Shown here: positions 28,440 to 38,903 of the stretch, piece after piece
Position numbering within the stretch: the stretch's first letter is position 1
Layout of the letters: every line of letters begins with the position of its first letter
From: Ignavibacteriaceae bacterium
Lineage (GTDB): Bacteria > Bacteroidota > Ignavibacteria > Ignavibacteriales > Ignavibacteriaceae
Direction of reading: 5' to 3'
Assembly (NCBI GenBank): GCA_035654655.1
Contig: DASRWI010000001.1
Span: 38,747 to 102,746, forward strand
Length of the DNA stretch: 64,000 nucleotides
Notes under the pieces: generated by a model
The model's input: only the letters and a program-made list of their open reading frames with translations
The model's database searches: none
What the model was told of the DNA's origin: nothing
Made by a program: the position numbers and the translations under genes

Positions 28440-30659
28440 TTATGCGATGTTTGCATAATTCAAACTGGCAGCATAATACTTGTGCAGATTCTCCTTAAAG
28501 ATTTTATTATCCGGCAGACTTAAACTTTTATCCTTACCTATAATTTCGAAGGCTTTATTCTTAGCTGAGATTAATATTTCAGCATCCTTTGTTATATCTG
28601 CATATTTTAGATCAGGAAAACCACTTTGCTGCGTACCAAAAATATTCCCGGGACCGCGCAGTTTTAAATCAATTTCCGCCAACTTAAAACCATCAGTGTA
28701 CTTTGCCATCGACTGCAATCTTATCGATGATTTATATTTTTCAATCTTTGCCTGATTTACAAAATCTATATTGAAGTTCTTCATCCTGTATTTTAATAAC
28801 TCATCTCTTGTTACAAGAATACAAAAAGATTCTTCCTTCCCCCTTCCTATTCTTCCTCTTAACTGATGAAGCTGCGATAACCCAAATCTATGAGCATCAT
28901 TTATAACCATAATGTTTGCAGAAGGTATATCTATTCCCACTTCAATAACTGTAGTCGCAATTAAAACATCATACATCTTATTAAGGAATTGGTACATTAC
29001 TTCTTCCTTCTGCTTCCAGGACATCCTTCCGTGTATTAATCCTACATTCAAATCCTTTAGATATGTATTTGTTAAATCATCATAATATTTTTCAGCAGAT
29101 TTGAGTTCAAGCTTTTCTGATTCTTCAACTAATGGATATACTATAAACGATTGCACTCCTTCTTTAGATTTATCAGCGATAAACTTATAAATCTCCGGAA
29201 GTTTAGACTCACCACGTAATGCTGTTTGAATTGGAATTCTATTCTTCGGCATTTCATCTATAATGGATACATCAAGATCACCATACAACGTCATCGTTAA
29301 AGTACGAGGAATGGGTGTTGCACTCATAACTATAATATCGGGAGTAACCCCTTTCTGTTGAAGCCTTCCTCTTTGCTGCACACCAAATCGATGCTGCTCA
29401 TCCACTATGATTAATTTTAAATCTTTGAACTTTACCTTCTCCTCAAACAATGCGTGAGTACCAATTATAATGTCTGCTTCCTGAAGTTCAATTTCTTCAA
29501 GAGTTTTATCTTTTTCGGATTTCTTTTGTCCACCTAATAATAAACTAACTTTAATTTTCTTTTCAGGAAAAACTTCTGCAAGCTTATTCATCATATTAGA
29601 AATATTTTTTGCATGTTGAGCTGCAAGTATTTCTGTTGGTGCCATTAACACTGCCTGATGTCCATTATCAACTGCGATTAACATTGCTATTAACGCAACA
29701 ATAGTTTTTCCACTACCTACATCTCCCTGTAGAAGCCTGTTCATAGGTTTCTCTGCTTCCATATCTTTTCTGATTTCACTTAGTACTTTAAGCTGAGCCT
29801 TGGTTAATTCGTAAGGTAAAGTTTTTAGAAAGGCAGAAACAAGACCGCTCTTCACTTTCATTGAAATTCCCTTTAGTTCAGTCTTATAGTTCTTATATCT
29901 TAATGCAACAAGTAATTCAATATAAAGAAGTTCTTCAAATTTCATTCTTCTAACTGCATCGTGAAGTTTATCCATATTCTCAGGAAAATGAAAATTCCTC
30001 ACTGCATCTTTTAAAGGCATCAATTTAAATTCTTTAAGAAGATATTCCGGTAAAGTTTCTTCAAGTAGGTAAGCATATTTCTCGACTGCATACGAAACAA
30101 TTCTTCGCAAACTAAGTTCGCCTATGTTTGTTGCCTTAAGTTCTTTTGATGAGCTATATATAGGAATTATTTTACCAGTGTTCAGGTAACTTACTGATTC
30201 ATCATCAGAGATTTTATCAAAATCAGGATGTGTAAATTGTAAATTATCATATTGTGAAATTTGAGGTTTTCCTGATACAGCAAACAATTCACCTTCTTCA
30301 AAAACTCCTTCAAAATACTTTACACCCTGGAACCAAACACAATCTATGAATCCGGTTTCATCAGCAAAATGGACTTTTAATAACTCTCTTCTTCCGCCTA
30401 ATCTTCTTTTCTCAATGCTTTTTACTGTGGCAATAATAGTGACTTCACCATCATACCCTTCCATTACATATTCATAAAGTTTTGCTATAGTAACAGTACT
30501 GCTTCTATCTAAGTGTTTATACGGAAAATAAAAAAGCATATCCCTGATGGTCTTAATTCCAATCTTATAAAAAGATTCCGCTCTTTTTGGTCCAACATTT
30601 TTAATGTATTGAACTGAGCTTTCCAATATGCTTGCACTATCAGGATTTACTTTTGCCAA
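28440..30659 (-). CDS. recG: ATP-dependent DNA helicase RecG
   Basis: 739 aa: N-terminal wedge/OB region, Walker A GDVGSGKT, DEQHRFG, and helicase C motifs (QLHQLRGRIGRG). Confidence 0.95.
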   Translation of the reverse strand: MAKVNPDSASILESSVQYIKNVGPKRAESFYKIGIKTIRDMLFYFPYKHLDRSSTVTIAKLYEYVMEGYDGEVTIIATVKSIEKRRLGGRRELLKVHFADETGFIDCVWFQGVKYFEGVFEEGELFAVSGKPQISQYDNLQFTHPDFDKISDDESVSYLNTGKIIPIYSSSKELKATNIGELSLRRIVSYAVEKYAYLLEETLPEYLLKEFKLMPLKDAVRNFHFPENMDKLHDAVRRMKFEELLYIELLVALRYKNYKTELKGISMKVKSGLVSAFLKTLPYELTKAQLKVLSEIRKDMEAEKPMNRLLQGDVGSGKTIVALIAMLIAVDNGHQAVLMAPTEILAAQHAKNISNMMNKLAEVFPEKKIKVSLLLGGQKKSEKDKTLEEIELQEADIIIGTHALFEEKVKFKDLKLIIVDEQHRFGVQQRGRLQQKGVTPDIIVMSATPIPRTLTMTLYGDLDVSIIDEMPKNRIPIQTALRGESKLPEIYKFIADKSKEGVQSFIVYPLVEESEKLELKSAEKYYDDLTNTYLKDLNVGLIHGRMSWKQKEEVMYQFLNKMYDVLIATTVIEVGIDIPSANIMVINDAHRFGLSQLHQLRGRIGRGKEESFCILVTRDELLKYRMKNFNIDFVNQAKIEKYKSSIRLQSMAKYTDGFKLAEIDLKLRGPGNIFGTQQSGFPDLKYADITKDAEILISAKNKAFEIIGKDKSLSLPDNKIFKENLHKYYAASLNYANIA

Positions 30660-30751
30660 ATTAACTTTTTAAATATTTATTTGTAAATTTGATATCTATA
30701 TACACATACTAAAAATAATAATTATTTATCCTTATAAAAACAGGTTATACT

Positions 30752-32101
30752 TTGGAATGGAAAAAACTTTTATCGACTAAGGTTTTAGGTGAAACCGCAA
30801 AAGATTTTTATCCTGACGGAAGAAGCAGCTTTCAAAAAGATTTTGATAGAATTGTGTTCTGCTCATCCTTCAGAAGATTACAGGATAAAACTCAGGTTTT
30901 TCCTTTACCTGAGAGTGACTATGTACATACCCGTTTAACTCATAGTTTGGAAGTTTCATGTGTTGGTCGTTCCTTAGGTAATCTGGTTGGTGAAGATTTA
31001 ATAAAGAGACATCCTGAGCTAAAAGAAAATTATTCAAAATTTTCCTTTGGTGAAATTGTTGCTGCTGCCTGTCTTGCACACGATATTGGCAATCCTCCAT
31101 TCGGACATTCAGGCGAAGATGCCATCTCTGAATATTTCCTCAATGGAAAAGGTAAAGAACTACAGGAACAACTTGATGAACGTAAATGGAGCGACTTAGT
31201 AAAGTTCGAAGGTAATGCTCAAGGATTTAGAATAGTAACAAAACTTCAGAACCCAAGTATTAAAGGCGGTCTTCGTCTTACCTGCGCTTCTTTATCGGCA
31301 TTTACAAAATATCCTAAAGAATCTTTTATTCCTGCTGACCTTCAAGTAAAAGGAAAAGAAAAATTTTACAAGAAATTTGGATTCTTCCAATCTGAAAAAG
31401 ATTTATTCCTTGAAATTGCTGAAGAAACAGGATTGCAGAAAAAGTATGAAGATAAAAATGTTATTTGGTGTACTCGTCATCCATTATCATTTTTAATGGA
31501 AGCTGCAGATGATATTTGCTATCGCATTATGGATTTGGAAGATGGATATCGACTCTCATTATTATCATTCAAAGATACTGAAGAGTTGATGATGCCTTTT
31601 GTTGGTAAAGATTCTTTAAGAAGTTATGATGATAGAGAAGAGAAAGATAAAATTGGATACCTTCGTGCAAAATCGATAAATGGTTTGATAAAAGAAATTG
31701 CTTCTGTTTTTCTTGATAATGAACAGACTATTCTTGATGGAAACTTCGACAAAGATTTAATATCTATTATTCCTTCTAACAATTATCTTGAAACTATATA
31801 TGCATTGTCAAAAGAAGAAATATATAGTTACGTCAATGTAGTTGAAAGAGAAGCAGCAGGATTTGAGGTCCTGGGTGGATTACTCGATGCATTCATATCT
31901 GCAGTTAATGAACAAGCTGAAGGAAAGCTTTCTCATAGAAACAAAAATCTTCTAAAATTATTCCCTAATAGATTTCAATTAGCTGAACAAGATCTTTATA
32001 GCAGGCTTCTAAACATTACTGATTTTGTTTCTAGTATGACTGACTCTTTTGCAGTATCATTGTTCAGAAAAATAAAAGGAATTTCATTACCCGGCAGATA
32101 A
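30752..32101 (+). CDS. dgt: dGTPase-like deoxynucleoside triphosphate triphosphohydrolase (HD domain)
   Basis: 449 aa with DFDRIVFCSSFRRLQDKTQVF, THSLEVS and AHDIGNPPFGHSGE. The start is apparently TTG. Confidence 0.88.
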   Translation: MEWKKLLSTKVLGETAKDFYPDGRSSFQKDFDRIVFCSSFRRLQDKTQVFPLPESDYVHTRLTHSLEVSCVGRSLGNLVGEDLIKRHPELKENYSKFSFGEIVAAACLAHDIGNPPFGHSGEDAISEYFLNGKGKELQEQLDERKWSDLVKFEGNAQGFRIVTKLQNPSIKGGLRLTCASLSAFTKYPKESFIPADLQVKGKEKFYKKFGFFQSEKDLFLEIAEETGLQKKYEDKNVIWCTRHPLSFLMEAADDICYRIMDLEDGYRLSLLSFKDTEELMMPFVGKDSLRSYDDREEKDKIGYLRAKSINGLIKEIASVFLDNEQTILDGNFDKDLISIIPSNNYLETIYALSKEEIYSYVNVVEREAAGFEVLGGLLDAFISAVNEQAEGKLSHRNKNLLKLFPNRFQLAEQDLYSRLLNITDFVSSMTDSFAVSLFRKIKGISLPGR

Positions 32102-33103
32102 TTAATGTTTTTCCAGTTTCATATCTCTGGTCATTAAATCTGTTGTTGCCATAACGGGATCTTTGTCTTCGAAAAGAATATTGTAGACTTCATTGGTTAT
32201 TGGCACTTCAACATTTATACTTTTAGCCAAAGCGTTTGCAGATTGAGTTGTTGCAACACCTTCAGCAACCATTTCCATATGAGATAACACTTCTTTTAAC
32301 TTTTTACCTTTACCAATTTCTTCACCAACAAATCTATTACGGCTATGCCTGCTCATACAGGTAACGATAACATCTCCCATTCCGCTTAGACCAGCAAAGG
32401 TTTCAGGAGAAGCACCCATTGCAATTCCCATTCTTGATATCTCAGCAATTCCTCTGGTCATAATTGCAGCTTTAGTGTTATCACCAAACTTAGCACCTTC
32501 AACAATTCCGGCACCAATGGCAATAACATTCTTCAATGAACCGCCTAACTCTACTCCAAGTACATCATTAGATGCATAAACTCTAAAATAAGAATTCATA
32601 AAAGCTTCCTGAATAATTCTCGAAGTGTCTATACTTTTTGAAGCGGATACAACGGCGGTAGGAATTCTTCTGCTAACTTCTTCAGCATGGCTTGGGCCGG
32701 ATAAAACTCCAATTTGGTCATCAGATAAATTAGGAATAACCTGCTTTAACATTTGGCTCATTGTTAATAAAGAATCTATTTCAATTCCTTTTGCTACACT
32801 AACAAGAATAGAATTTTTTATTGTTTTATAATTTATTTGCTTAACAACGCTGCGCAAGAACTGAGAAGGTACTGCAAGAATAATTAAATGTTTATTATCT
32901 AATGATTCTTCAAGTTCAGAAGTAATAAACATTTCCTCAGGAAGTTTTACTCCCGGTAGAAAAGGTTTATTCTCTCTTTCCTTTATTAATTGTTTTGCAT
33001 AAGATTTTTCAAATTCCCATAAGGTAACATTATGACCATTATAGTGCAGCAAGATTGCTAATGTAGTGCCCCAACCGCCGGCACCAAGTACAGAAATATT
33101 CAT
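32102..33103 (-). CDS. gpsA: NAD(P)H-dependent glycerol-3-phosphate dehydrogenase
   Basis: 333 aa with ISVLGAGGWGTTLA, KGIE, GPSHAEEV and LKNVIAIGAGI. Confidence 0.95.
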   Translation of the reverse strand: MNISVLGAGGWGTTLAILLHYNGHNVTLWEFEKSYAKQLIKERENKPFLPGVKLPEEMFITSELEESLDNKHLIILAVPSQFLRSVVKQINYKTIKNSILVSVAKGIEIDSLLTMSQMLKQVIPNLSDDQIGVLSGPSHAEEVSRRIPTAVVSASKSIDTSRIIQEAFMNSYFRVYASNDVLGVELGGSLKNVIAIGAGIVEGAKFGDNTKAAIMTRGIAEISRMGIAMGASPETFAGLSGMGDVIVTCMSRHSRNRFVGEEIGKGKKLKEVLSHMEMVAEGVATTQSANALAKSINVEVPITNEVYNILFEDKDPVMATTDLMTRDMKLEKH

Positions 33104-33169
33104 ATTCTCTCAAAATTTTTTTTGTAAAATTAAAAACTTTTCAATTAAATAAAAGGAGAAGTGTTTTAA

Positions 33170-33204
33170 AATAAAACAGGCGGATAATCAAAAATCACCC
33201 GCCC
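33170..33204 (-). terminator. Probable terminator after plsY
   Basis: The minus strand reads GGCGGGTGAT, loop TTTTG, ATTATCCGCC (two G-U pairs), followed by TGTTTTATTTT. Confidence 0.5.
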
Positions 33205-33225
33205 TTTAAAAATCAAATAATTTTT

Positions 33226-33888
33226 CTATTTCTTTTTTTTAAAACTTACTTTATGCTCAGAGCCATCCAATAATCTAATAACATTTTTACGATGCGTATA
33301 AATTACAAGTAATGATAAAAGAATAATAAATGGTAATAAAGTTCCGTATCCCGGAATGCTTGCATTAAAGATATTCTCTCTAATAACCAAAGTAAGCGGG
33401 ATAGCAATAGCTGCCATTATTGAACCTAAAGAAACATATCTTGAGATAGTTACAACAAGAATAAATAATCCTAATGCAATTAGCATATCAACTGTAACTA
33501 GAACAAGTAAAAATCCTAAAGCAGTTGCAATACCTTTACCGCCTTTAAAACCTGCAAAGATTGTCCATATATGACCAATAACTGCTGCAATTCCTGCTAT
33601 AACCTGAACTAAAGTAAAATCATCAAAAGGAGTGATATTTGTAAAAGGCATATTACCCTGGTATAATCTTGCTACTAAAATTACTGCCAAAGCACCTTTA
33701 AGGGCATCAAGCAATATTACAAGAACACCATACTTCCAGCCAAGTACACGCATAACGTTAGTACCGCCGGCATTACCACTTCCGTAGTTGCGGATATCAA
33801 TTCCCTTTACAAGTTTTGTAATTATAATACTGTTTGGAATTGACCCAATTAAGTATGATAGAATAACAATTATTGCTAAAAGAACCAT
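33226..33888 (-). CDS. plsY: Glycerol-3-phosphate acyltransferase PlsY
   Basis: 220 aa multi-TM protein with GSGNAGGTNVMR, KGGKG and a typical PlsY length. Confidence 0.93.
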   Translation of the reverse strand: MVLLAIIVILSYLIGSIPNSIIITKLVKGIDIRNYGSGNAGGTNVMRVLGWKYGVLVILLDALKGALAVILVARLYQGNMPFTNITPFDDFTLVQVIAGIAAVIGHIWTIFAGFKGGKGIATALGFLLVLVTVDMLIALGLFILVVTISRYVSLGSIMAAIAIPLTLVIRENIFNASIPGYGTLLPFIILLSLLVIYTHRKNVIRLLDGSEHKVSFKKKK

Positions 33889-34052
33889 CGGAACGCTAAC
33901 CTCTATTTATTGAGAAATTAAATATAATAGTTATTATCGTTAATCGAAAACTAAATATTAAGTTCTTTTGCTGAAATATTATACAATACAGCAAAATTTT
34001 TATGCATCCTTCGTCAATTTAGATGCTGAATAGAATTAATTCACCTCAAAAA

Positions 34053-35981
34053 TTATTTAATTAAAATCATCTTCTTGCTATCGACAAAATTCAAGTTACC
34101 ATCTTTGTTTTTAACTTCAATTTTATAAAGGTAAATCCCACTTGATAATCCTGAACCATCAAAAAATTCTTCATATATACCCGGAGCTTTTATACTCTCA
34201 GCAAAGTTTTTTACAACTTCACCTAATGAATTATAAATTGTTAATTTCACTAAAGACTCATTTTTTTTAATTGAATACTTTATCTTTGAACTTGGATTAA
34301 ATGGATTAGGATAATTTTGATATAAATTATAATCAAATACAATATTATTTTCATTAATATTTACAGGAGTATGAATTGAAAATAGATTTGACAATGTTCT
34401 TAGAGTAGAATTACTAAAATATATGATTCTAAATTGACAACTATCTGAATTTACTTCAGGAATAATCCAATCTATGCTATTTGTATTAACATTACTAATA
34501 ACTTTAGTAGAGTGCACTTTATTATTTACCATTAAATCTATTTTATAGGGACCTGTTTTTGTTCTAAATAAAAATCTCACTTTAATATTTGTCCCTGCAA
34601 TATATGTTCCTTGCATCTGAGTAATAAACTCAGGATTGAAGTCACCATAAAATAAATTGTTTAGATTCACAGATCTTAATGTATAAATTGGTCCTTTGTA
34701 AGTACCAGCCCCAAATCCACTAAGTTCCTTCCAATATGTTATTCCAAGTCCTTTTGCAATCTTTATATCAAGAACGGAGTAGTAGTCATTAACTCTAATA
34801 AATCTATAAAAATTCTGCACTTTATAAACTTTCCCGAATATTGCTGTATCAGTTAATGTGACAATTTCTCTTTCATATTCTGAAATTGTATCATATCCCG
34901 ATGTCAGATTATCATCATAAATTGTAATACCCTTATACTTCAGTTTTCGAGCTTCTTGAACAAAGGTTACCTCTTCTTCTGAATAATCTGTATTAGTTTT
35001 ATATTTTCTTATAACAAAAGTAGAATCATTCTTAGGTGTAAAGAGAGCTGATTTAAAATAATATATGCTATCACCGGGGACATATGGCTGATAAACACCG
35101 TCATAATTCCAGTAGTTCGAGCTATCTCTGGGAATAATTGGAACTATTGGATAATCCTTTATAGCAAAAGTCGTTGAAAAGCAGTACAATGATGTGTCAT
35201 CTATACTTGTTAATTTTAATTTACAATTTGTGGAGACAATATTTGGAATAATAATATTTTGCTGATTAGTATTAACACTGATTGTATCAGTTGAATAAAC
35301 AAGGTCATTTATTAAAAAATCTAACTTGTATGGTCCTTGTTTCGTCCTAAATAAAAATCTCACTAATTTATTTGAATTTACAAATACTTCATTCATTTCT
35401 GTTATAAATTCCGGATTAAAATTTCCATATAGAGTATCATTAATAAAGAAAGACTTTAAATTATATTCAGGACCACTTGCCGTTCCAGCTCCAACACCCT
35501 GAATATCTTTCAAATAGATTATACCAAGTCCTTTAGCAATTTTAATCTCAAGAATTGAGTAGTATTCTCCATTTATGATATGTCTATAGTAGCTTTGTAC
35601 TTTATATGTTTTTCCTAATATAAGAGAATTGTAAATGGTAACAATAGTTCTTGTGCCTCCAATTGTGGTATCAAAACCGATAGTTAAACTGCTATCATAA
35701 ATTGTATAACCATCATAAATAACTCTTCCACCTTCCTCAACTAAGGATAAACTTTCTTCAGAATATTCAGTTCTGGTTTTATATTTTCTAATTCTTATAT
35801 CAGTATTGTTTATGGGAGTAAACAATGCAGATTTAAAATAATATAAAGTATCATTTGGAACATATGCCTGATAATTACCATCATAATTCCAGTAATTTGA
35901 AGTATCTCGTGGTATTATATAATTTTGTGAAAAGCTAAGGGAAGGAATTAGCAGAATAAGAAAAATAATATTCTTGAACAT
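34053..35981 (-). CDS. Secreted protein made of two tandem 260-aa repeats plus a T9SS C-terminal sorting domain
   Basis: Signal peptide MFKNIIFLILLIPSLSFSQ. IIPRDTSNYWNYDG at aa 22 recurs as IIPRDSSNYWNYDG at aa 282. C-terminal YQNYPNPFNPSSKIKYSI...KKMILIK. Confidence 0.75.
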   Translation of the reverse strand: MFKNIIFLILLIPSLSFSQNYIIPRDTSNYWNYDGNYQAYVPNDTLYYFKSALFTPINNTDIRIRKYKTRTEYSEESLSLVEEGGRVIYDGYTIYDSSLTIGFDTTIGGTRTIVTIYNSLILGKTYKVQSYYRHIINGEYYSILEIKIAKGLGIIYLKDIQGVGAGTASGPEYNLKSFFINDTLYGNFNPEFITEMNEVFVNSNKLVRFLFRTKQGPYKLDFLINDLVYSTDTISVNTNQQNIIIPNIVSTNCKLKLTSIDDTSLYCFSTTFAIKDYPIVPIIPRDSSNYWNYDGVYQPYVPGDSIYYFKSALFTPKNDSTFVIRKYKTNTDYSEEEVTFVQEARKLKYKGITIYDDNLTSGYDTISEYEREIVTLTDTAIFGKVYKVQNFYRFIRVNDYYSVLDIKIAKGLGITYWKELSGFGAGTYKGPIYTLRSVNLNNLFYGDFNPEFITQMQGTYIAGTNIKVRFLFRTKTGPYKIDLMVNNKVHSTKVISNVNTNSIDWIIPEVNSDSCQFRIIYFSNSTLRTLSNLFSIHTPVNINENNIVFDYNLYQNYPNPFNPSSKIKYSIKKNESLVKLTIYNSLGEVVKNFAESIKAPGIYEEFFDGSGLSSGIYLYKIEVKNKDGNLNFVDSKKMILIK

Positions 35982-36032
35982 TTTAAATCCTTTAAAAAGG
36001 TTACCATTTAAAATAATAATTTATTTTAAAAA

Positions 36033-36749
36033 TCAAGGATTCATTCTTAATTTTTCTCTATCTGCAATTGCCGCACTGATTGCAAATATTTTCTTAGCTC
36101 GGGCATCAAGTAAAACTTTTGCACATTCGGATAATGTAGAACCTGTTGTCATAAGGTCATCTACAAGTAGGATAGTCTTGTCTTTTACTGCATTTTCATT
36201 TTTTATTTTAAAGGCATCTTTAATATTTATTTGTCTTTCGGACAAATTCATTTTGGTTTGTGAAGCTGTGTTCTTAATTCTTTTTACAGCTTTATATTCA
36301 GCAGGAATTTTTATCTTACTACTCAATCCCTTTACAATATAATCACTCTGATTAAAGCCTCTTTCAGCTTTTTTAATCCTATGCAATGGGACCGGAATAA
36401 TTAAATCAACTTTATTGTTGGTTATAAAATCTCTTTTTGCTTCTGCAATTTGTTCACCAAGATAAATTCCAATTTTAAATCTGCTTCTATACTTTAAATG
36501 ATGGATGATGTTTTGAAATTCTTTTTCTCTTTCAAAAACATATAATGCATCTATACCTGAAATAATTTTTCTGTTATAATATTTTCTGTTAAACTCTTCC
36601 TGAAGAAATTGGACATCTGGCTGTTTTATATTTTCTTTACAAGTTGAACAAATAATTTCTTCATTGATGGAGAGATTATTACCGCATCCAAAACATATTC
36701 TTGGAAGAAAGAAGTCCGCAATTTCAACAAAGAAGTTTTTTATTTGCAT
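36033..36749 (-). CDS. comF: ComF family protein (phosphoribosyltransferase domain)
   Basis: 238 aa. N-terminal zinc-finger-like CFGCG...CSTC. PRTase motif TILLVDDLMTTGSTL. Confidence 0.85.
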   Translation of the reverse strand: MQIKNFFVEIADFFLPRICFGCGNNLSINEEIICSTCKENIKQPDVQFLQEEFNRKYYNRKIISGIDALYVFEREKEFQNIIHHLKYRSRFKIGIYLGEQIAEAKRDFITNNKVDLIIPVPLHRIKKAERGFNQSDYIVKGLSSKIKIPAEYKAVKRIKNTASQTKMNLSERQINIKDAFKIKNENAVKDKTILLVDDLMTTGSTLSECAKVLLDARAKKIFAISAAIADREKLRMNP

Positions 36750-38881
36750 TAAAGCATTCCGGTCCTTTTTCTAAAAAACCATTCAGCAGCAAGAAGTATT
36801 ATCATAACTCCCATTAGCCATTCATTTGACCATAAATCTATTTCTTTTTTCTCTATCTTTTCAACTTTACTTTTTTCTAATCGACTTTTTAGCAGTTCAA
36901 AAATTTTCTTATAATTCTTATAATAAATAAATTCACCCCCTGTGCTGCTTGCAAGTGTGCTTAGCATTTCTTTATCCATAGATGTATTCACCATTTCAAT
37001 ATCAACTTCACCAACATTAAATGAACCTGCATCACCACCAAGTTTTGTATTATTTCTTACAGCTTCTCCTGTAAAAGTATAGTCACCGGGTTCTTCAGAT
37101 GCCAGTGTACCTTCATATAATCCATTTTCCAAAGGAGTTAACGTAAGATCATTTATACTATTTTTATTTTTAATTTTAATTTTCACTTCAGCATCTGAAA
37201 CAGGATTAAAAGATTCATCATAAACCTGCGCGTTAAATTCAACTGGTTCACCAAGAGCATAAGTTTTTTTAGTCGTTCTTATTCTAACCTGCTTTTTCTC
37301 TTCACTTGAATTTAGCCACTGAATATTATTATTAATAAAGAGGTCAAAAAGCTGAAGATTCTTTGTCGCAGTTTCTAATTTCCACTTCCATAAATCTTTT
37401 GCAGTAATTGCAAGCGAACGTTTACTTCCCAATCTTCTTGTAATTATTAAAGGATTATCAATTACATTATTATTTATCTTTATTGTCGCCAAGACTTCAG
37501 ACTCAGGTTTTGCTTTTATTTCTAATTGTGGCTGCAAAACCGGAGGAAGATTATTCCATTCATTAATAGTATTCCCTTTTATCAAAGGATTATCTGTTTT
37601 ACCTGTAATTAAATTTGGCTGTACTTCAGTAAACCCTTCTCCCTGTTTTTTGAAGGAAAATGGAAGTTCATTCTTTAACAAATTAAGTTTATTGTAATCA
37701 GTATTCTCTGTAAGGTTTATAAAGAATGGTGTATTTTTATTAGAAATTTTATTTGACACTTTATTAATTAAATCATCTGGAGTATTCTTCCCGGGAAATC
37801 CAATTAAATAAAAAATATCAGCCTGTTCAATTAATTTATTTCTGTCGTCATTCTCTAAAAATTTTGAAGCAGTAATTTGTGTTATTGTTTTTATGCTTAG
37901 ATTTTTATCCTGTTCAAGTGTATTCCTGAAAAAAGATAAATCTGCAGAAGGTGAACCTGCGAGAATTAAGACATTAACTTTATTATCAAGAACATTTGCA
38001 TAAACAATTTTTTTATTGTTCTCTTTATTAAATTCGCCATTCATTACTGTTGCAGAAACTACTATCTTCTTCTCACCAGGCGAACGTGGAGTATAATCAA
38101 AATTTACCTGACTACTTCCCTCTTCAGTTAATGTGATATCCTGATTACCTATTACAATATTATTTTCAGATAAAGTAATTTTTATTTGCTGACCCACAAA
38201 TCCCTTGTTAGTAATTGTAGCCGAAATTACTGTGGGTGATTCTATGTAGATATATTCATTGAACAAAATATTTTTTACTTCAATATCATTTCTTTGAGTA
38301 GTATCTCCAAGTCCAATTGTATAAACTGGGACATTTAATTTCTCTGCAGCATAAACCGGATTACTGCCTGATGTAATTACTCCATCCGATATTATTACTA
38401 TTGATGAAATATTTTTATTAGCATCAATATTGCTGAATATCTTTGAAAAATTTGTATTAGCTTCTGATAAGTTTAATGAGGAATCATTACTAATTTGCTT
38501 AACATTCAAACCAAAAGTCTTAGCTTCTCCATTAAATTCATTTAAGTTATTATTAACATCATCAAAAATATTTTTTAAGTTTTCTTCTTTCCCTGTCCCA
38601 TCGTTTATTGTCATTGATTTTGAATTATCAAAATAAAATTGAGTAACAGGCTGCATTACTTTTTTTGTTGACAGAGAAATTACAGGTTCAAAAATTATAA
38701 ACAGTAATATTACTAATGCTGCTATTCTTAATGTCATTAATAGAATCTTTTTTGGTAAGTTTATTTGTGGAATTGTATACTTATATATGTAATAAGCATA
38801 TCCAATTACTGCAGCAAAAAGGATAAAAAAGTACCAGGGGCTATAACTAAAAGCTAAATTAAATTTTTCTACATTAAACAT
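36749..38881 (-). CDS. Membrane-anchored protein with N-terminal double-TM and C-terminal TM; possible vWA-like and Ig-like domains (Bat-like)
   Basis: The ATG at 38881 (MFNVEKFNLAFSYSPWYFFILF...) is more likely than the TTG at 38899. There are two N-terminal TM helices, a vWA-like stretch SIVIISDGVITSGSNPVYAAEKLNVPVYTIGLGD, and a C-terminal TM LMGVMIILLAAEWFFRKR. Function is not established. Confidence 0.5.
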   Translation of the reverse strand: MFNVEKFNLAFSYSPWYFFILFAAVIGYAYYIYKYTIPQINLPKKILLMTLRIAALVILLFIIFEPVISLSTKKVMQPVTQFYFDNSKSMTINDGTGKEENLKNIFDDVNNNLNEFNGEAKTFGLNVKQISNDSSLNLSEANTNFSKIFSNIDANKNISSIVIISDGVITSGSNPVYAAEKLNVPVYTIGLGDTTQRNDIEVKNILFNEYIYIESPTVISATITNKGFVGQQIKITLSENNIVIGNQDITLTEEGSSQVNFDYTPRSPGEKKIVVSATVMNGEFNKENNKKIVYANVLDNKVNVLILAGSPSADLSFFRNTLEQDKNLSIKTITQITASKFLENDDRNKLIEQADIFYLIGFPGKNTPDDLINKVSNKISNKNTPFFINLTENTDYNKLNLLKNELPFSFKKQGEGFTEVQPNLITGKTDNPLIKGNTINEWNNLPPVLQPQLEIKAKPESEVLATIKINNNVIDNPLIITRRLGSKRSLAITAKDLWKWKLETATKNLQLFDLFINNNIQWLNSSEEKKQVRIRTTKKTYALGEPVEFNAQVYDESFNPVSDAEVKIKIKNKNSINDLTLTPLENGLYEGTLASEEPGDYTFTGEAVRNNTKLGGDAGSFNVGEVDIEMVNTSMDKEMLSTLASSTGGEFIYYKNYKKIFELLKSRLEKSKVEKIEKKEIDLWSNEWLMGVMIILLAAEWFFRKRTGML

Positions 38882-38903
38882 AAGTGTACATAATCGCAAG
38901 ACT

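Noticed and set aside
35974-36342. 122-aa plus-strand ORF
   Set aside because: It is antisense to the ComF-family gene, whose PRTase motif is clear. This is a shadow ORF.
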